Both the position numbers and the translations under genes were made by a program. Below the pieces are notes generated by a model. That model did no database searches, was not told the DNA's origin, and saw only the letters and a list, made by a program, of their open reading frames with translations. Shown one piece after another: positions 16,431 through 20,368 of a stretch of 20,368 bases of DNA (the stretch's first letter is position 1; the number at the start of each line of letters is the position of its first letter). Source of the DNA: an uncultured Methanosarcinales archaeon. GTDB lineage: Archaea; Nanobdellota; Nanobdellia; Woesearchaeales; CAZYIM01. The stretch spans positions 31,155 through 51,522 of the forward strand of contig CAZYIM010000019.1 of the NCBI GenBank assembly GCA_964647565.1, written 5' to 3'.

Positions 16431-17102
16431 CTATTTAATCGCATCATATAACACTGCGAAAGCATAATCTAATTCGCCATATATGAATCTTGATTCAACT
16501 TGTTTAAATCCTGATTGAAATAAAGCATCGCCATATACATGGATCGGTTGATGAAAATCCCGAATACCAACATCATAATAATCACCATCTTTTCCTTTTA
16601 ATTCGACAATAAACGGTATATCTTCCTTTTCGTAATCATATTCTTCTTCAAATATTAATCTGTAACCAGGAAATTCCATACGATATCTTTCAATAGGATT
16701 AGTTAATGTAAAGATCAAATGCCCCTCAGGTATAAGATTTTGATATATGTTTTTGAATGCTGCAATCAAGCTTTCTTTTCTAAATTCTGAAAAGACATAG
16801 TTTGCAACCACAGCATCAACAGGCTCTATCATTATTTTTTCAAGATCAGATTTAACAGTTACATCACCCACTTCCACCTGCACTCCACGTTTTTTGGCTA
16901 ATGCAACCATTGATGGATTAAAATCCATCCCACACACCCCTATATTCCCTAACTGGCTAAGGAAATGACCATCTCCACAGCCAACCTCCAAGACATTTTT
17001 AGGATCTGCCTTTATGACTGCAGAGTACAGCTCAGCTTCTGCAAGGTTTTTTAGTTTATGATTGTATGCATCAAGAGCATAAAATCTTTCAGGGTCTTCC
17101 AT
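16431..17102 (-). CDS. Class I SAM-dependent methyltransferase
   Basis: VLEVGCGDG motif I, GMDFNPSMV, GDV, DAVVANYV and LIPEGHLIF. Start ATG 17102 (GTG 17111 is an alternative). Confidence 0.92.
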   Translation of the reverse strand: MEDPERFYALDAYNHKLKNLAEAELYSAVIKADPKNVLEVGCGDGHFLSQLGNIGVCGMDFNPSMVALAKKRGVQVEVGDVTVKSDLEKIMIEPVDAVVANYVFSEFRKESLIAAFKNIYQNLIPEGHLIFTLTNPIERYRMEFPGYRLIFEEEYDYEKEDIPFIVELKGKDGDYYDVGIRDFHQPIHVYGDALFQSGFKQVESRFIYGELDYAFAVLYDAIK

Positions 17103-17206
17103 AAATATCACTTTTTAATTACTTAACGATAGTCACTAACAGTATAATAATTATCGTAGTCCTTTTTAGGGCAACATTTATAAATTCAAAGAACATCATC
17201 TATATT

Positions 17207-17932
17207 ATGGACGCCAGTTCATTAGAAAAAGCAGGATTGACGCATAACGAAGCAAAGACATACATAGCACTATGCCAGGCAGGAAGCATCACTGCTGGCA
17301 AACTCTCAAAAAGAGTCGACATTCACAGGTCCAGAATGTATGAGGCATTAGATAGACTCGTAAGAATGGGTTTGGTGCAATTTCTAAACATCAATAATAT
17401 CAAGAACTATAAAGCCGAACCACCAATCAAAATCATCGACATGTTAAAAGAAAAGCAAGAGAATGTTGAAAAAATCATACCTAAATTAACATCCTTACAG
17501 CAGCAACCTGAGATCATCCAAAAAATAAGCGGATATCAAGGAATAACTGGCGTTAAAACACTGCTTAAAGAAACCCTGAACACATCATCCTATGTTGTAT
17601 ACGGAGCGCCACAAAGCTCAATCGATCTCTTAGGAGAAACATTTTGGAAGAATTATAACCAGAAAATAAATGACAAGAAAATCAGTACTAGAATGATATT
17701 TGATGAAGCATTGCGTAGTTGGTCTGCACATGTAAAAGATATCAACAAATCCACAAAAATCAAATATCTTAGCAAGCATTTCGATAACCTGACCGAAACC
17801 TTTGTTTTTGATAACAAAGTCATCATCATAACTTGGAGTGCTCAACCCCTAGGAGTCCTGATAACTGAGAAGACCATTGCCAAATCTTATGAACAATTCT
17901 TCAACATGCTTTGGCAACAAGCCAAGGCATAA
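17207..17932 (+). CDS. TrmB-family transcriptional regulator
   Basis: AGLTHNEAKTYIALC...SRMYEALDRLVRMGLV, YQGITGVKT and FFNMLWQQA. TTTATAAA about 22 nt upstream. Confidence 0.93.
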   Translation: MDASSLEKAGLTHNEAKTYIALCQAGSITAGKLSKRVDIHRSRMYEALDRLVRMGLVQFLNINNIKNYKAEPPIKIIDMLKEKQENVEKIIPKLTSLQQQPEIIQKISGYQGITGVKTLLKETLNTSSYVVYGAPQSSIDLLGETFWKNYNQKINDKKISTRMIFDEALRSWSAHVKDINKSTKIKYLSKHFDNLTETFVFDNKVIIITWSAQPLGVLITEKTIAKSYEQFFNMLWQQAKA

Positions 17933-17961
17933 CATACTCATAGATCATATCTAAATAAACC

Positions 17962-18549
17962 TCATGCATACCATAAAGGTGAATATTCTGCAGTTATTTC
18001 TTTAGCCCATTCTTGCATAGAAGTTCCATTCAATGTATAGAATAAGTGCTTGTATTTACCTCTGCCAACAACAGGTATCAAATAACCTTTTGTCACGTTG
18101 TTTTCAATATCTGTGATCTCTTCAAGGCTTCCTTGATTTCCTTCCCGTTGATATCCTAACAGAGGATCAATATTTTTAATATATGAAGCATGCACCAACT
18201 CCTTTTTTTCATCAAAAGAAATCATTATAGAATTGGGTACAGGCGTCTTGTGTTTATCCATTAACGACAATGCCTTGCGCACACGTCTATCATTATCACT
18301 GGTGAAAATGACCTGGTCATAAGGGAGTATACCCATCAAATAAAACGCAGTCCCAAAACAATTGGGTTCCAAATCCTTGCGATTGGATGAGGCGTGAGAT
18401 AAGCGCTTCTGAAAAGGTTCAATTTTTTTCCATTTCAGATAATTCTCTTCTTCAGCTTCACGCTCTTCAGGAGTCATCTTTTCCCCGCGCTTAAAAGACT
18501 CGAAAAAAGACTTCATACGCGAGATTGAAATTTCAAAACCATCTAACAT
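17962..18549 (-). CDS. Hypothetical protein, possible papain-like (Cys-His) fold
   Basis: PNCFGTAFYLMG followed by LVHASYI. Start uncertain (18549, 18516 or 18477). Confidence 0.7.
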   Translation of the reverse strand: MLDGFEISISRMKSFFESFKRGEKMTPEEREAEEENYLKWKKIEPFQKRLSHASSNRKDLEPNCFGTAFYLMGILPYDQVIFTSDNDRRVRKALSLMDKHKTPVPNSIMISFDEKKELVHASYIKNIDPLLGYQREGNQGSLEEITDIENNVTKGYLIPVVGRGKYKHLFYTLNGTSMQEWAKEITAEYSPLWYA

Positions 18550-18612
18550 GTAAAAAAAGGAATAAGAAATCTAATTTAAATGTTGCTCTCAAATAAAATA
18601 AGAAATATAAAG

Positions 18613-18762
18613 TAGCCCCACCCGGACTTTCAAGCCAGGACGTATTTTCCCTTGACATTTGAACCGAGGTCACAGCCTTGCTCCAAAAAGCTTCCAGAGG
18701 GCTGTATGAATGACCACCTCACCCTGTTATTGACAAGGCATTGGCCACTACACTATGGGGCT
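18613..18762 (-). tRNA. tRNA-Gln(CUG) with three introns (18740-18710, 18693-18679, 18657-18627)
   Basis: Spliced sequence AGCCCCATAGTGTAGTGGCCAA|TCATACAGCCCTCTGG|AGGCTGTGACCTCGGTTCAAA|TCCGGGTGGGGCTA forms a complete cloverleaf. Each junction fits a bulge-helix-bulge. No encoded CCA. Confidence 0.92.
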
Positions 18763-18850
18763 ACAGTTGTATATTTTGTCGTGGGATATTACGAAGTAAA
18801 ATCCCACCTGAGCGTATTGAATCAAAACTTTCACAAAGTTTTGGGCCTTG

Positions 18851-18866
18851 CTACACTATGGGGCTA
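18851..18866 (-). repeat. 16-nt duplicate of the tRNA 5' end
   Basis: CTACACTATGGGGCTA at both 18748-18763 and 18851-18866. Confidence 0.92.
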
Positions 18867-18935
18867 TCGTGTAGTGGATAAGAAAAATAAACTATTTAAA
18901 AATTTAATGGATAAAAAGAAAACTTATTGCTGTGT

Positions 18936-19325
18936 CTATAAAATTTCCTTACGTCTATAGAACTCTGCAGGGACTGCAGGAGGTGCACATTGTATCTCTA
19001 CTTGTTGCTGCGGTTCAGATTTATATGCCGCATAAGCACCTTTAACATCCATCACTTTGTAGAACTTGTCAAAGGCCTTTCGCATATTTTTTGTGTTTAA
19101 CTTCAGGCCTTTACTACCGCCTTCCTCCAACACCAGTCGAAGCTTTCGCCTGCCTTTTTTCCTTGCAATTGTCAGGTTATTAGACAAAGTGAGGTACTCT
19201 GTTTTATCTGAAGCATCATACTGAAAGATGGTCACTCTCTCTTCTTCGGTGTGAGTTATCTTAAAGCCTTCTGGAGCTTTAAGAGTTATAAAATCAAGAC
19301 TGGGTTTAGTTTGGTTATCATTCAT
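18936..19325 (-). CDS. Hypothetical protein
   Basis: 129-aa ORF with minus-strand TTTAAAAA about 25 nt upstream of the ATG. Confidence 0.75.
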   Translation of the reverse strand: MNDNQTKPSLDFITLKAPEGFKITHTEEERVTIFQYDASDKTEYLTLSNNLTIARKKGRRKLRLVLEEGGSKGLKLNTKNMRKAFDKFYKVMDVKGAYAAYKSEPQQQVEIQCAPPAVPAEFYRRKEIL

Positions 19326-19549
19326 TTTAATATGCGAAATAACTGAATATTTTTAAATTTTTGCTTGATTTCTCTTAAAAAGTGGTAATAAATCGTTAAA
19401 TAGATTTCAATACTTTTCAAGGTAAAAGAAATCTAATTTCTAGCATGTTCTACAAAAAGGTGAAATCTCGTTAACCAGTCTAGTGATTCGTAAACTTTTT
19501 ATGAGAAAATTTAAAAGCTTAAATCACCAAATAAGATTGGAGGATACAC

Positions 19550-19639
19550 ATGTATGATTTGGATTGGGAAGAATACGAATATAATCTAAAAAACGCTACT
19601 GTAACTGTTGTAAGAGAATTTATAATAAAAAAAGAATAA
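19550..19639 (+). CDS. Candidate 29-aa small protein MYDLDWEEYEYNLKNATVTVVREFIIKKE
   Basis: GGAGGA SD at 19539-19544 and GAGAAAA-TTTAAAA BRE-TATA at about 19503-19516. Confidence 0.45.
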   Translation: MYDLDWEEYEYNLKNATVTVVREFIIKKE

Positions 19640-19646
19640 TAATTCT

Positions 19647-20216
19647 TTAGTGCCTTCTGCCTTTAGCTCTAAGACTAGGTCTTATCTTCTCACTGCCCTG
19701 ACCCTTATTGTTAAGACCTCTGCTCTTTCTACCTGCAGAAGTAATGCCTCTTTGAGCTCTACCCTTCTTAGTAGAAATCCAATCTAGTTGGGAATCCTTA
19801 AGTATCTGAGGGTGGGTTCTATCAATAAGAATAACCTCATACCAGATGCTTTTTCCATCCATACCAACAAAATAGCTGTTTAAGACTTCACAATTGGTAT
19901 ATTTCTTACTGGCTCTTTCTTCGCAGACCTGTTGATAGTTCTTGGCAACAATCTTAACATGTCTATAGTGAGCTTGTCGCCTACCTTTTCTAATCTGGGG
20001 TCTTGATCTTCCACCACGCTTGACTCTCTGCCTTACTACAATAATACCCTGTTTAGCCCTATAACCCATAGATCGAGCTCTATCTATTCTTGTAGGTTTT
20101 TTGACCCTTACAGTAGCAGGTTCTTTTCTCCAAAGAATTAGTCTATCTTGTTGTATCTTTCCTAAATTATCGCCTGGTTTTTTCCAAGCATCTCTAACAT
20201 ATTTTAAGTAACCCAT
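19647..20216 (-). CDS. rpl15e: 50S ribosomal protein L15e (eL15)
   Basis: PTRIDRARSMGYRAKQG, EVLNSYFVG, WYEVILID and RGITSAGRKSRGL. GGAGG SD. Confidence 0.98.
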   Translation of the reverse strand: MGYLKYVRDAWKKPGDNLGKIQQDRLILWRKEPATVRVKKPTRIDRARSMGYRAKQGIIVVRQRVKRGGRSRPQIRKGRRQAHYRHVKIVAKNYQQVCEERASKKYTNCEVLNSYFVGMDGKSIWYEVILIDRTHPQILKDSQLDWISTKKGRAQRGITSAGRKSRGLNNKGQGSEKIRPSLRAKGRRH

Positions 20217-20368
20217 TTTACGTGGCCTCCATTGTTAATTTATCTAGCGGTTCAGGCAAGCCAATGCCCACATTCCAGACTATAGGAAAAAAAGACCATT
20301 TATAAAGGTTATGTTAAAAAAAGTAAAATAATCCACGCTAGTGACTTGAGTTATGCTATAATTCCCTT

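Noticed and set aside
4130..18612. Integrated element or provirus at the tRNA 3' end
   Set aside because: I found no integrase, no viral hallmark genes and no duplicate of the tRNA 3' end in the window.
18652..18960. 102-aa + strand ORF
   Set aside because: Antisense to the intron-containing tRNA and its promoter.
1..20368. CRISPR array, and the remaining short overlapping ORFs (e.g. 3723, 5356, 5650, 8480, 8873, 12861, 13869, 15238, 15672, 17630)
   Set aside because: No regularly spaced repeat-spacer array was seen, and these ORFs overlap better-supported genes, mostly on the opposite strand.

Overview
Low-GC archaeal genomic DNA, most consistent with a DPANN/Woesearchaeota-like genome. 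That assignment is an inference from archaeal eS6, uL16/L10e, eL15, a NOG1-type GTPase, several TrmB/Lrp regulators, BRE-TATA promoters and many apparently leaderless genes. Housekeeping genes sit at both ends and bracket about 14 kb of accessory DNA. Main points: (1) a four-gene minus-strand operon of two paralogous unknown proteins, a MoxR AAA+ ATPase and a HExxH-metallopeptidase/vWA fusion, divergent from a TrmB regulator. (2) A tRNA-Gln(CUG) gene with three BHB-type introns (21/22, 37/38, 59/60), preceded by a duplicate of its own 5' end and two hairpins. (3) A palindromic motif, TYACYA-N8-TRGTAA, at five accessory promoters including that operon. (4) A mosaic ~340-bp gene duplication with copies 5110 bp apart, abutting a 143-bp MITE-like element. 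(5) A heavily base-paired intergenic region at about 7750-8190. (6) Structured leaders on two ribosomal protein genes. All calls come from reading the sequence by eye; no searches or folding programs were run.
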